DNA from: Yuukianura sp. NJ FZ-2021
Lineage: Eukaryota
Direction of reading: 5' to 3'
Length of the DNA: 64,000 bases
Assembly: GCA_046563655.1 (NCBI GenBank)
Contig: CM102288.1
Location: 5,828,001-5,892,000 of the forward strand
This document shows positions 37,701 through 50,180 of this stretch, piece after piece; position 1 is the stretch's first letter; each line of letters begins with the position of its first letter. The notes under the pieces are model-generated. The model was not told the origin of the DNA, made no database searches, and saw only the letters and a list, made by a program, of their open reading frames with translations. A program made the position numbers and the translations under genes.

Positions 37701-37906
37701 GTAGAAGGCTGAACCTCGCAGTTCAGAATACTGGGAAAGCAGTAATGCAAACAGGAAAGGCCGTTGGAGGAGCTCTGACCTCAGCCAAAGGCGCTCTGTC
37801 CAATTGGTGGACTTCCGTGACCTCTCCCACGACCTCTCTCGAGGTCACTAAAGGAGGAAACAACGGTGCTGCGAGTAACAGAAGCAGTCCGGGAGATCCA
37901 GCTTAG
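34800..37906 (+). CDS. AVL9: Late secretory pathway protein AVL9 homolog (DENN-like), multi-exon
   Basis: VVGFHHKKGCQVEY, LAMPDGAHN, RSTVQKSVCVLS, LILFKLLLLERK, LTTPDLRFA, WEGGDEWIR motifs. Confidence 0.93.
34936..35002 (+). ncRNA. SNORD27: Box C/D snoRNA, U27/snR74 type (18S Am27/28 guide), AVL9 intron 1
   Basis: Box C GTGATGA 34941, D' CAGA, box D CTGA 34995, stem AGTC/GACT; guide AGACAAGCATAT complementary to the conserved 18S ATATGCTTGTCT; the +5 rule selects A27/28. Confidence 0.9.
35744..35811 (+). ncRNA. SNORD27: Box C/D snoRNA, U27/snR74 type, second copy, AVL9 intron 4
   Basis: Box C ATGATGA 35749, same guide AGACAAGCATAT, D' CCGA, box D CTGA 35804, stem TATC/GATA; about 74 nt from the 3' splice site. 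Confidence 0.9.
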
Positions 37907-38125
37907 AAATATCGAATGAATATGCGCAGGAGATTTGGAATCTATACTAAAACTTTTGTTTTTTGAAGCTCGACGAAGAGTACTAAAAATTAACTGTGAT
38001 AAGTAAAAGCGTTTCATGAAAAACTGATTTTCTTCTGCCTAACTTTCCAACATGACACAATTCACCTCCAAATTGAATGTCCTCCAATTCACTCAAAATT
38101 CAGAAATTCCGACAAATAATAAAAC

Positions 38126-38462
38126 CAGTGCTGCTGGATGCTTAAACGTACAGTGGCTGAATTACAACTTCCACTGGATACTCGCTGGAACAAATACGCC
38201 CCAAATGGACGAAACTATTCTCCATTTTAAATTTTTATATTGATAAGATCCACCGTCCCATTTTATCTTTTCTTCCACTCCAGCGTGAAAAAATATTTTA
38301 TTCATGTGACCGTGGTGATCGAAGTGGTAATTTTAGTTCATTTGAATTTCGTGCTGAATTTCTTATTTTTTTCATCCACCTAAAGTTTTAGCTACTACGG
38401 CCTGATTTCGTCCAGTGGATATCCAATGGAAGTGGCAAGAACCTTCCGTACGTTTTAGCATA
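38126..38462. mobile_element. Degenerate relative of the 16985-17382 hAT MITE
   Basis: CAGTGCTGCTGGATGCTTAAACGTACAGTGGC matches the reverse complement of that MITE's right end; a similar end sequence recurs at ~38410-38462. Confidence 0.65.
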
Positions 38463-38683
38463 CAGAAAATTCGTCTCATCGGAAATGTTTTTTTATCGAA
38501 ATATTTGAACTTAGTGCAAATGTGGCCGTAAAGGTAGTAGTTATCTATTCCAAGGCACGTGCAGAAACGATTCGTGCTTCGAACTGGTAATCTTTTAAGG
38601 CGTGACAGACCAGCAGACTGACAAGGAGACCTTAAATCAACAAAGCAGTTTACATCCGGATAATTTCACAATTCCAAATTTGT

Positions 38684-38713
38684 TTAGGTTAGATTAGATT
38701 AGGTTAGGTTAGG
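38684..38713 (+). repeat. Interstitial arthropod telomere-like (TTAGG/TTAGA)x6
   Basis: TTAGG TTAGA TTAGA TTAGG TTAGG TTAGG; (TTAGG)3 also at 2183-2197 and 18827-18841. Confidence 0.8.
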
Positions 38714-38801
38714 ACCTTTGTGCAAATTTTGTGCAACTTAAGTAAACCGAAAATCTGATTGCATACTTTTCCACGAAGTCCTTGGATAAACTTTGTACGT
38801 G

Positions 38802-39425
38802 GTTAGGTCAAAATGCAACGCATCACAGCAGTATACTTCCGAGAAGGCGATTTCGATCAAGTGTCAATTCTGGAAGAAGCTTTTCACAATCTCAACGCTT
38901 GTCTTGTTCCAGAACTGCTGACCACTGCAGAAGCATTTGTAGGTCAGTTCACTCTCAACTTTAACTTTATCGTCCAACACTTTAAGAGAAGAGATTGTCC
39001 ATGATGATCAGCAATAGACAAGCATGGTCCGAATTCCATTGACGATATAAAGTTCTGAGATATCTCTTATCCCAAGATAACTGTTTTATCTCCCTCAGCT
39101 CATCCTTGATGGATAACTGGTTTACTTTCGTTGCAGGATTGTCACCTACAGAGTTGCTGTTCACCTTCCGACATCAGGTTTTCATTTTGTTCAAACTTTT
39201 GCTTCTGGAACGCAAATTTTTATTTCGCGGCGCATCCATGAATATACGCAGGAGATTTGGAATCTATACTAAAACTTTTGTTTTTTGCAGGTCGACGAAC
39301 AGTACTAAAAATTAACTGTGATGTAAAAGCGTTTCATGAAAAACTGATTTTCTTCTGACTAACTTTCCAACCTGACACAATTCACCTCCAAATTGGAGGT
39401 CCTCCAATTCACTCAAAATTCAGAA
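38802..39425 (+). pseudogene. Collapsed partial duplicate of AVL9
   Basis: 38802-39237 matches ~35562-35982 including intron 4; 39238-39425 matches the 3' UTR ~37916-38105; about 1.9 kb is missing at the junction. Confidence 0.9.
38996..39062 (+). ncRNA. Third U27-type snoRNA copy with altered guide (possibly pseudogene)
   Basis: Boxes C (39001), D' CCGA and D (39055) intact; guide end GCATGGT instead of GCATATAT. Confidence 0.6.
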
Positions 39426-39737
39426 AAAAAATCAAAATTGAAAACCAAAGTTAAACTAAAAATTCATGAAATTCTAAAACTGTTTCGAAAAATATCGAAA
39501 CCTGTTTCCGGTTTTGCATAATCTCAAATCCATCGCATTTATTGGACGTTTTTATAGAAAGTAGAAACGATATTTCAAAAGTTCTTTTTAAATTAGGTTT
39601 TTAACATTTTTTTTAAAACTTTCTCTTTTAACTTTACCTTTGTACTTTTAGTTTAACCGGAACTTTTACCTTGACTTTCACTTTTGACAGGGTCAAAAAG
39701 TTAAAAGTTAAAATCTGAGTTCAACCGAATTCTGATT

Positions 39738-42700
39738 TTAACCCAAAATCTGAATTCGGTTGAGCTTTTGACAAGAATCGTCCAAGATCTTCATTGCAAA
39801 TTCTTTCGCTGCGTCACGTACAGCCTCTCTCGCAGTCTTTTCATGCAAGTCTTCAGCGACTGGCTCCACTCTGGACCTTGCACTTGCGCATTTAGCAAAC
39901 CGAGTTCCGTTCATTCCAACTGATTCAGTGTCTTCAGAAATCACCACAAACAGCTTCTCCATCAACACCCAAATGGCAGTACGCACTTGTGTATCTTCAT
40001 CCTCCAGGCCAATCTCAAGCCACTGCCATATCTAAAAACAAACAAACTTTGAATTTGAAATCTTTCACAAAAAAATTTTTTTTTCAGAAAACTTTTTTAA
40101 AAACTTACATCGACCAGAATTTGTTCCAAGATGGTCGTTCCCAGTTGGGGGATGAGAGCAGCTACGACCTGGTATGCAGACATTTTGAGCTGGGGATTCG
40201 TGTACTCTCGACTGACGTTGAAGCAGACGTTGAGCACTGGAATCAAGTACACGGCAGCGATTGGACCAAGACTCCCAAGCGCCTTGCACAGAACTTCTCC
40301 GATTTTCAGTCGGAAGTTGACCTCCTGCGGGGTCAAGAGGTCAACTTCTCCGCCTTTCCGTTTGGGATGAGCTGCAAACAGAGTCAGCAGCTCCACCAAA
40401 GTTGTATCGTGGTGCTCCACAGTGAGAACGACGAGGGCGTTGATGCAATGATTGTAGATGTACTCGTCATCGCTCTCCAAAGTCACCAGAAGTCGCTGTT
40501 TCACCACATCAAAACTAGTGCCGATGTCTGAAACAAAAAAAAAACTGAATTTTAACCACAAAGTTGAAAATTTTGAGTTTTGATGAAATTTAGAAAGTTT
40601 TAAAAAGTGGTTGAAAAAGTAGAGTAAGTAAAGTAGAAGGACAATGTGTGCTACCATACCCACAACATACCAACAACATACCAACAACATACCAACAACA
40701 TACCCACAACATCACCACAACATACCAACAACATACCCACAACATACCAACAACATACCAACAACATACCCACAACATACCAACAACATACCCACAACAT
40801 ACCAACAACATATTAAGGCAATCTTTCACTCAAAGCAAAATTTCGTTTCAGTGAAAGAAACTGAAATAAATGAAAAAAACTGAAAAACTTAAATAAACTT
40901 AAATAAACTACAGCTGTTTTCTTTAGTTTAGCTTCTTTCACTTGGAGGTTTTCTTCGTTTAGGGTTTTTTTTTTCAGTTAATTTCAGTTTTTTTCACTTT
41001 TCACTGAAAAGTGAAATATTTAACTTCTAGTCGTTGGGTAGGGTCGGGAGACCCCATGAGTACTAGGGAGGTTTTCATGTATGGCTTATTCCCGGCATGA
41101 AGACTTCTGGGATCAACTCCCACTCGGTTTGTTATTTTTTTTAAATGTTTTTCTTTATATTTGTTTTCAAAAACTTACTTGGGTGATGTTCCAGAATCAG
41201 TTTTTTGAGTTGGATGAGTCCCATGCCGACTGTTCCAGGAATGGCCGAACTCAGGCTAAAAATAGCTTCTTCCACGGTGCCCTTGGAACCGTGGTGTCCA
41301 GTATCACTTGATTTTTCACGCCGTGCTGCCCCACCTTCGCTCCTACCGCGCGTTTCAATGAGAGCGATGAGCTGCTCCACTCTGTTTGAAATTCCAGTTT
41401 GATCCAGAATTGGGTGCTTCAACTCCAGCATCTTCTGCAAACTGGGTTTCATTTTGTTCAGATTCTCCCAGCCAATCAACGCAGTTTCCAGCACTTGGTC
41501 TGGAGGGGGCCCTGGAGGGTCCTTCCTGTGTGGATCCTTGTCCATTTCGTACGTTGTATCAATGAGCACTCCAACCAAATCCAGTGTCTGGACGAGTGTG
41601 GAAGTGAAAGGGAAGTCCACGCTTGGCTCATTTTGAGTCGTCCAATGAGCGATGTCGGTAAGGAGTTTGTCCAGAATCAGCTGGAGGGAGGCCAAAGAAG
41701 TCTGCTCCAGTTCGGACACGAAGGAGTCGAAAACGGGTTCGTCTGAACCGAACTCCGAAACGATCAACGAACCCACAACTTTCTGAAATAAAATCAAATA
41801 TTAGTGCTGGCACACCAAAAACTTTCAAAGTTTAAAAAACAGTTCAAAACCCATCGTAATAAACGTTCTATAAACGTTTAAAAAAAGGTTAAAAAATTTT
41901 GTAAAACTTTTAGAACGTTCAAAAAACTTTGTAAAGCGCCCAAAAAAAACTTTTTTTTTAAAGTTAGATTTCTTTTTAAAGTACCTGGACTGTAGCGTAG
42001 TTTGACCAATCAAATTGTTCCTCGTCCATCTTGTATCGAATTTCTTGCTTTGAAAACTTCGAATCAGGGAGCAACTGACCGTCAAAACGTAAAAATTCAG
42101 CAAAAAGCAAATTCTTGGTCGTTTCATCCAAGTGATGGAACAGAAGTTTGGAAATGTGCCTGGAAGTAGACTGCAAGTGACCCCGAATCTTGTCTTTCGT
42201 CAAGACCAATCGCTGAAAACTGTCCAATCGTGATTCGTCATCGCTGCATTCCTCTTGTCCTGGACAGCATTCCGTTCCAGTGCTTTGAACGAGTTCTGCT
42301 GCCAGCGGACTCACTTTTCCGCGATGTCCAATGATCAAACTGACCACGAATTGTGCCAGTTTCTTCGGTTTCGGCTTCTGCTCGACGTTTTCAGGCTCAA
42401 CTTTGGCGTAAGTCTGGATAACTTGAACAATGAAGGCACCTAGTTTGGATTTGACTTCGGTAAGGAACTGATGATCTCCGACTTCAACGATTGGCTGGTC
42501 CAAGTGACAAGAGACACACTCGAAGATGGAAGTGACACAAAACCAATGGGAGCGATATGCCAAGAATTTGGCGGGTTTTGACAAATCTGGAAGTTCGAGG
42601 AGCAGAGAGTACAACTTGAGTAGATCCAGAACTTGACTTAGTTTGGCTTTCTTTGGAACTGGACACTGGTAGAATTCAGCGATTGGCGCGAAGAGCTGGA

Positions 42701-44062
42701 GGTAACTATCTAGTGCGTGATTGGTTGAGAGCTGACTATCTTTTCTGTGATTGGTCGAGATCTGCTTATCTTGTCTGTAATTGGTTGGAGCTGAACCGGA
42801 TTGAACTGGATTGGATAATACTTTGTGTTGGTATCTGGTCACTCCGAGGTAGATTGCTAAAGCGACACGTTTCACCGGATCAGCTGACTTGTCATGCAAG
42901 ATTTCCATTGTTTCGTCCAATATAATGTGGCAGGGATCGAGTTCATGTTCTGCTGAGGATGATGCTGCCAGTATATTGTGTGCTGCTGATGTGCTGGCCA
43001 GTATATTGAGTGTAGTATTGAGAAACAACTCACAGTCGCCGTGCCAAGTAGATTCGGTGACAGTTGAAAGTAGAAGTCGAGTGACATTTCCACGAAGAGT
43101 GAGAATATCACGGAAACCTCGGACGGAGCAATCCTGAAGTGGCTTGCAATCTGGATTGTACAAGTGGAATAGAAGTGCTCGGAAGCCTTGATCCACCGGA
43201 AGTGTGAATAGGAGATCACGAATCCAGAATTCCCTGAGAGTGGAATGGACAGAAGTGGAATGATTTTCAGTGGGTGGATCTGGATTGGAGTACAGAAAGT
43301 GGAGTAGACATGGAAGGAGATTCTGATTTCTGAGGACAAATCTTGAGAGATGACTGAGGAAACTGGGGATGAGTGACATGATTTCAGTGAATCGCTTCGT
43401 GGTCTGTGTAGAAGTCAGCTGATTCGTTTCAGTTTCGTATAATTTGGCTGTCTTGGAGTCCAGGACTGGAGCTGGACTTCCAGGATTCCTTATTTCGTAG
43501 GGCATCAAGCACCGAGCGGCATAGCCCATGACGAAATCCAACGACGACTGCACCACACCCTGCTGCTGCAAACTGACATTCTGTGAAAATGTTAAAATTT
43601 TTGAAAAATTAAGATTGAAACACAAATACTTAAGGGTTATTAGGAGTCTACCATATTTAGCATATAGTAATTTTTATCATTTTCTTACTTCAATTGATGT
43701 CGTAGATTGTCCGATTTTTTGTAAGACTTCGAGAGTGGACTTAACACGGTTCCAGAGAGGACTTCTCTTTCCAGGAGGAGCCACCGATTGTTGGCTGTTT
43801 TGTGCGACATTGACACTGTTGTTAGCATTGACAGTTCCTAATTTTTGAGATTTCTTTCGCTCTGAGTCATTTCTAGTAACGTTCTCTGCAAACAATTGAA
43901 ATCTAATTTCAGATTTATGACACCTAGAACCTGATTAATTGATGAGATGCAAAATGGAAACTTACCGTCAACTATGGGCTTCTCTGCTTCGATTTGTTCA
44001 AGTTGTTCACACCATTTCCGGATCTTCGCTCGTTCTTTCTTCACTTGGCCTGGATTGACCAT
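39738..44062 (-). CDS. TANGO6: Transport and Golgi organization protein 6 homolog (Rtp1 family), multi-exon
   Basis: Large helical protein; RTP1_C-like VEEAIFSLSSAIPGTVGMGLIQLKKLI, LESDDEYIYNHCINAL, RLKIGEVL. Start codon position is uncertain. Confidence 0.75.
40655..40811. repeat. Intronic 11-bp minisatellite (CATACCAACAA/CATACCCACAA), ~14 units
   Basis: Directly visible tandem array; source of several spurious ORFs. Confidence 0.95.
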
Positions 44063-44772
44063 CGTCTCGTCGTCACTCTCAGTTCCAGAACTTTTGTATA
44101 TATTGCCGGTCAGTCAATCACCACAAAGGTCAACAAATGACCTCTTGGATTTTGTAGAGCAAAGACGAACAAAACATCGCTTACCGCTGCTGCAAACCAG
44201 CTGCTCGGTTGGAGCAAGGAGAAGCTAGTTAGGTTGTATCCACGCAGTGTATCCCTATTTTCTCTCGTGTTAGACGCGTATTATCTGAGGAATTTCGCAA
44301 AATTTGGTAGTGAAAAACAATTTTTTCGCCAAAAAACTAACAATTTTTTTTTATTAAAGATTTGTATGCTAAAACTAATCCGCATCCTAAAACACAGGTC
44401 TCACCTTTATTGGATTTTCGATTTTTGGATTTCAAATATTTTGGATTTCGTGCTAAAACCTCACGATTTACTACTATCATCAATTAAAAATTAATATGTA
44501 AGTTGACGCTTTCTTTGGGACAACTTTTAGAAAGAAAATGCTTTGTTTTATCATTTCGTGCTTGCATGAGAGCAGTGGGTTTGACCAAAAATTTTATATA
44601 CTATTCCGTGCTAAAATACAAATACATTTAACATATTAATTTTAGACGAAGCTCACCAACGAAGTTTTCATGTCACCTTAGTTTTTACTCAACATGGCGC
44701 TAGAGCAAATTCCTGCAAATGACAACAATTAAGTCAAACATTTATTAACATCAAACATCAAAACTATAAACA

Positions 44773-47080
44773 ATGTGCAGTTTCCTTGTTTTCGCAAACT
44801 TGATTTTGACTTTTCTTGCCTCTGCAGCATCAGAGCAAACTTTGCACATTCGAAATCTGTATAAATTGATAGATCAGTTTCCTTCCACACAGTGACAACT
44901 TGGTAATTGCTGAAAACGAGCAGTTCCAAATTACTTCCAGTTTTGCTGTTCCCATTAAATTGTACTACATGTGGAACAGACATGGAAATTGTGAAGGTTT
45001 ATTCTCTATCTCCGGCAAGGGAATTATCTGGAACAACTGGCAATTTGGTGGCAAACTAAACTCCTTGGAAATTTTTCTCATATTTCCACACAGTGTATAT
45101 GAAAACCAAAAATACAAAGGGCCATTGAAATCATGCTTTCAATTGCACTACGGAAGTGAAAAATATACAACTTTTGAAGAATACCCGGCTAATATGGCAA
45201 GAAAATTTGGCATATCCACGCATATTTTCACTGGTAATGACTTTCCATACGTAGCTAATATTACACAAGTACTCACTAGTCATGAAAGGGGTATGTTATT
45301 TTTTCACAACCTCACTACATACTATAAAGACTACACAAAGAATAATAAAAACACGGAATTTGTGATCTCCAATATATCAGTTTACCACGACCTTAAATGG
45401 TACCCAATGAACACATCAGGTGCACTGGAGTCGAAACAGTTTCGCAAAGTCATACCAAATTTAGAGCGAGTAGGAAAGCATGACTTAGGCGTACACAGTA
45501 TGACAAAGTTAGTACACGAAAACAAAATTTTAAATCCTTTCAAAAGCCTTGAAGCCCTAAAACATTTGACGTTGCAACAATATACATTTTTACTTCTGTA
45601 CGACAAACTAGAAATTTATGTTTTGCGCGAACAAGGTGAACAACAGCTTGCCATGGAAACGGAATACTTGGTGCGCCATTACATAGACACTTATGGCACA
45701 GTGCAAGAGGGTTACCACCAGCTGCTTTTTGTTCCTACTGCAATGGACAACATAAGTTTCTTAACCTGTGACGGAACATCGGAAATGCTAAACTTCGAAA
45801 TTTATACAATACCGTACGATACATACTTTTGGGTCACAACTTTTGCAACGGGAGTTTTACTCACACTTTTGGCTACTTGGGCAATCCATGTCCGATCACC
45901 AGCAACTTTCCAGTTTAAAAAATTGGGCCCTATTTGGATAGACGTTTTCTTCGTCTACTTCGCAAGTCTTTGTGAAATTTGTACTAAATTTCGGCAAAGA
46001 TTTGCCCGGGATCGTAGAATTTTTGTCCTCAGTTTGTGGTTGTTATTGACTGTTATTCTGACAAATGCTTACAAGGGCGTTGTTGTGTCGTACTTGATAA
46101 GTCAGAAACCCATTACACAAACTTACTACAAACTGGATCAGCTGGAAGGTTTTGTGATACTAACAGACAAGAGCTTTGTTGAACACTGGGACGTATGGGG
46201 AGAAAATAGGTTCATGATACAGGAAATGATGCAAATTTTTACTTGCGAGTGCAAAATTTGGATATATGGCAACCTGACAACAGCTGATTCCCTTCCAGCT
46301 GAAGTAACTTCGAATACTGCATTTATGCAAATAGCAAATTTTGTGAAATCAGATACTTTCAAATGCCTTGATGTCATTATTCCTCTCCAGCAGAAAGGAA
46401 TAACCTGCTTTGATTGGTTTGCTTACCACAACCAGACGGAAGGACAAACTAGAAACAAGAATCCGGCTGATGAATACAACGCATGGGCAAGATCCAAACT
46501 CCCTAAAACGGCTATATTAGGTAGTCCCCTAGAAAGTAACAGAATGTACCAATTGCACAGAATAAGAGATATGCTGAGGAGACTTTCGGAAATTCTCTCT
46601 TCTTGTTCTAAAACAGCCTTGGTATTGCAGGAGTCAAGCTTGAATTTATATTTGGCAGACTACGAAAACAGAATACAAAGTAATGGTGTGGAATCTGTAC
46701 ATTTCCGAAAAGGAATGGATCCAATAGGAACAGTTTCAGTAGGATATCACTTAGACCATGAACAAAAATACAAAAAAATGCAACTACTTATGTCCTCTGG
46801 AATTTACAATTTGTGGGAAAAGTGGGTTCCCTTGACAAGACCGACTGCGAGAGATGAAATTTTACGCGAACATGAAAAAACGAAATGGCTTCTAAGTCGA
46901 CCACAAAAGTTGAGCTTGACAGGAAACATTATTACATGTTTCTACATGCTTCTGTGTTGCTTGGGTTTGTGCATTTTTGTATTCATGTATGAAGTAAAGC
47001 TGGTAGCTTATACAAATATAGCACAAGTAACAGGATTTCATCGCCTACTGGCGTGTAATTTCATAATAGTTACCAAATGA
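44773..47080 (+). pseudogene. Divergent ionotropic receptor (IR), intronless, frameshifted near the 5' end
   Basis: ATG 44773 with signal peptide aligns to the paralog start; a TTCC duplication at 44879-44886 gives TGA at 44893; the remaining 726 codons are open (PYDTYFW, ILTNAYKGVVVSYL, LMSSGIYNLW). Confidence 0.75.
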
Positions 47081-47864
47081 AAAACTAATGCGACTGCTAT
47101 GTCATGTATTCGAGAAATGAAAATTAGGGTTGTATAAAACATCAACGGAAGATCTGAATGTATTAGCTTGTATGTTATCTACTGAGTAATTTTAAACAAG
47201 TTTCGTAAATGAACTAACGATAATACTTTCATTATACCACAGAAAGTTAGTGTACAATTTAACTAATTTATGAATCCACAAAGCTATTAGATATCGGGTG
47301 TTCCAAAAGTTGGCTTCATTTTTCTGTACACTAAACTCTTAAAGCTCCAAAAACTCAATGGTGGGAGATGGAAGATGAGATGGAGAAGTTACACATGGAG
47401 AAATAAGATGAAATTTCCCTAAATTTGCGCTTTGTTACAAAAAAAAAAAAAATTAAACAACATAAAAACCTTCTCATGATAGACTTATTCAACCACTTAA
47501 ATTTTTTATTAACTATTAGTATGAGTGTTCCATTTCGTGCTAAAACCTTCTTTGCTTAATTCATCAACTAAAAATTAATAATTTGTAAATTGACACTTCT
47601 TATGGAACAAGTATTAAAATACTGTTTTTTTAATCACTTCGTGTTTCAAAAATGGCAGTGGGTTTGACGCAAAATATTATTAACCATTCCATGCGATGTA
47701 AACTTTACCAAAAATTTTTTAACCAACCTCCCTTCCAAGGTTTTCAAGCCAACTTTAGTTTTATTTTGTTAATGTGACGCTGCGAGTAAATCGCTGAAAA
47801 TAACAAGAATTAAACCAAAGTTTGTTAAGATCCGATCACAGTTCAAATCTGCATTTTATAAACC

Positions 47865-50180
47865 ATGTGCGTGTTTCGGCTTTTTGCAAACCTGATTTTG
47901 ACTTTACTTGTCTCATCAGCAGCAGAGCAATCTTTCTACATCAGGAATCTACAAGAATTGATAAATCAGTTTCCACATAGTGACAACTTGGTAATTGCCG
48001 AAAACGACCAGTTTGAAATTACCGCAAGTTTTGCTGTTCCCATTAAATTGTACTACATGCGACACAAAGATGGAAATTGCGAAGGTTTATTCTCCAACGA
48101 GGGAATTATCAACAACTGGCAATTTGGTGGAAAACTAAATACTTTGGAAATTTTTCTCATATTTCCAAAAAGTGTATATGGAAATCAGACATACAAAGGG
48201 CCATTCCAGACATGCTTTCAATTGCACTACGGATATGAAATTTATACCACTGCTGAAGAACACAATGGTGTTGAAATTCAACCGAGACTCTTCGGTGTAT
48301 CCGTGCATATTTTTGATCGTAATGACTCCCGTTACACAGTAAATATTCCAGAAACACTCACTTCTAGTGTAGAATCGTATATGATATTTTTCCACAACCT
48401 CACAACATACTATCCAGATAAGAAAAATATTAAAAACAAGGAATTTGTGATCTCTAACATTTCATTGTCCCACAATAGCAATTGGCACCCAATCAACACA
48501 TCAGCAGCAGTGGAGTCAAAACAGTTAAAAAAAAATATACCAAAGTTTGAGACAATTAGACGACTCAACCATGGGTTAAAATGGACCAAGTTAGTTCCGG
48601 AGAATAAACTTTTAAATCCTTTCAAAAGCCACGAACAATTAAAAGACTTTACTCTACAGCAATATATTTTTTTACTTTTGTACGACAAGCTGGAAATTTA
48701 TGTTTTTCTGGACAATACTGAATCACTCGCTTGGCAGATAAAGTTCGTGACATATGATGATCACTCTTACTTCTACGGTCCAGTACCAAGGATCAAACGC
48801 CCCTTTTTTGTTCCTACGGAAACGAAAAACATAAGTTTCTTGACATGTGACGGAGTATCTGAGTTGCTCAGTTTTGAAATTTATACAAAACCGTACGATA
48901 CTTACTTTTGGGGTACAACTTTTGCAACGGGAGTTTCACTTGCCCTTTTGGCTACTTGGGCAATCCATGTCCGATCGCCTACAACTTTCCAGTTTAAAAA
49001 ATTGAGCCGTATATGGTTCGACGTTTTCTTCATCTATTTCGGAAGTTTTTGTGAAACTTTTACTAAATTTCGGCAAAGATTTGCCCGGGATCGTAGAATT
49101 TTTGTTCTCAGTTTGTGGTTTTTATTGACTGTTATTCTGACCAATGCATACAAAGGAGTTGTTGTGTCGTACTTGACTACTGAGAAACCCATTACGCAAA
49201 CCTATACTAAACTTGATCAGCTGGAAGGTTTTGTCATACTAATAGACGAGCGCATTGTTGAGTGGTGGGATACTAGAGATCATTTTATGACAAAAAAACT
49301 GATGTTAACTTTTACCTGTCAGTGCCAATTTTGGACAATGGGGAAGCTGACTACGCTTGATTCACTTCCAGCTGAAGTAACTGGAAATGCTGCGTTTATG
49401 CGAATAGCAAATTTCGTTAACTCAGATACTTTCAAATGCCTTGATCTGATTGGTTCTCAATTATTACAACAAAGTAACATGAGCTGCTATGATTGGTTTG
49501 CATACAACAATCACACTGAAGTACTAACAGAAAACTTGTCTCCCTTTGATCAATACAATGTATGGATTAGATCTAAATTCCCTAAAACCTATATTTTATA
49601 TAGTCTCCAAAATAACAACAGAATTTACAAGTTACACAAAATCAAGGATGTACTAGCGAGACTTTCAGAAATACTCGATTCTTGTTCCAAAACAGCCTTG
49701 GTATTGCATGAGTCAGAGTTGAATTTATATTTGGCAGAATACGAAAACAGAAAACGACGTTCCGGTGTGGAAACTGTGCATTTTCGGAAAGGAACGGATT
49801 CAATAGGCACTATTCCCATAGGATATCACTTTAACCTTGAGCATAGATACAAAAGGATGCAACTACTCATGTCATCTGGAATTTATCGCTTGTGGGAAAA
49901 GTGGGTTCCACTAACTAGACCTACTGAAAGAGACGAAATTTTGAGAGAGCATGAAAAAACGAAATGTATAAAAAGGCGACCTCAAAAACTGAGCTTGGCA
50001 GGAAACATTATTACATGTTTCTACTTACTTCTTTGTTGCTTGGGTTTGTGCACTTTTGTTTTCATTTATGAACTAAAACTGGTAGTTTATACAAGCATAA
50101 CTGAAGGAAAAAGTGTAATATCATGGATTTACCGCACCCTGAAACTCATGAGAACAAAAACTTTTGCGATTATGTTTTAG
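47865..50180 (+). CDS. Divergent ionotropic receptor (IR), intronless
   Basis: 771 aa; signal peptide, FLTC/PYD..W pre-M1, M3-like LTNAYKGVVVSYLT, S2 end LMSSGIYRLW, KLSL before M4. Confidence 0.82.
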   Translation: MCVFRLFANLILTLLVSSAAEQSFYIRNLQELINQFPHSDNLVIAENDQFEITASFAVPIKLYYMRHKDGNCEGLFSNEGIINNWQFGGKLNTLEIFLIFPKSVYGNQTYKGPFQTCFQLHYGYEIYTTAEEHNGVEIQPRLFGVSVHIFDRNDSRYTVNIPETLTSSVESYMIFFHNLTTYYPDKKNIKNKEFVISNISLSHNSNWHPINTSAAVESKQLKKNIPKFETIRRLNHGLKWTKLVPENKLLNPFKSHEQLKDFTLQQYIFLLLYDKLEIYVFLDNTESLAWQIKFVTYDDHSYFYGPVPRIKRPFFVPTETKNISFLTCDGVSELLSFEIYTKPYDTYFWGTTFATGVSLALLATWAIHVRSPTTFQFKKLSRIWFDVFFIYFGSFCETFTKFRQRFARDRRIFVLSLWFLLTVILTNAYKGVVVSYLTTEKPITQTYTKLDQLEGFVILIDERIVEWWDTRDHFMTKKLMLTFTCQCQFWTMGKLTTLDSLPAEVTGNAAFMRIANFVNSDTFKCLDLIGSQLLQQSNMSCYDWFAYNNHTEVLTENLSPFDQYNVWIRSKFPKTYILYSLQNNNRIYKLHKIKDVLARLSEILDSCSKTALVLHESELNLYLAEYENRKRRSGVETVHFRKGTDSIGTIPIGYHFNLEHRYKRMQLLMSSGIYRLWEKWVPLTRPTERDEILREHEKTKCIKRRPQKLSLAGNIITCFYLLLCCLGLCTFVFIYELKLVVYTSITEGKSVISWIYRTLKLMRTKTFAIMF

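Noticed and set aside
40590..40883. Repetitive ORFs or CRISPR-like array
   Set aside because: Contiguous 11-bp minisatellite with no spacers, inside a eukaryotic intron.
41036..41075. 5S rRNA-like words (AGGGTCGGG, AGTACT, GGGAGACC)
   Set aside because: Order and spacing do not match 5S rRNA; similarity is too short.
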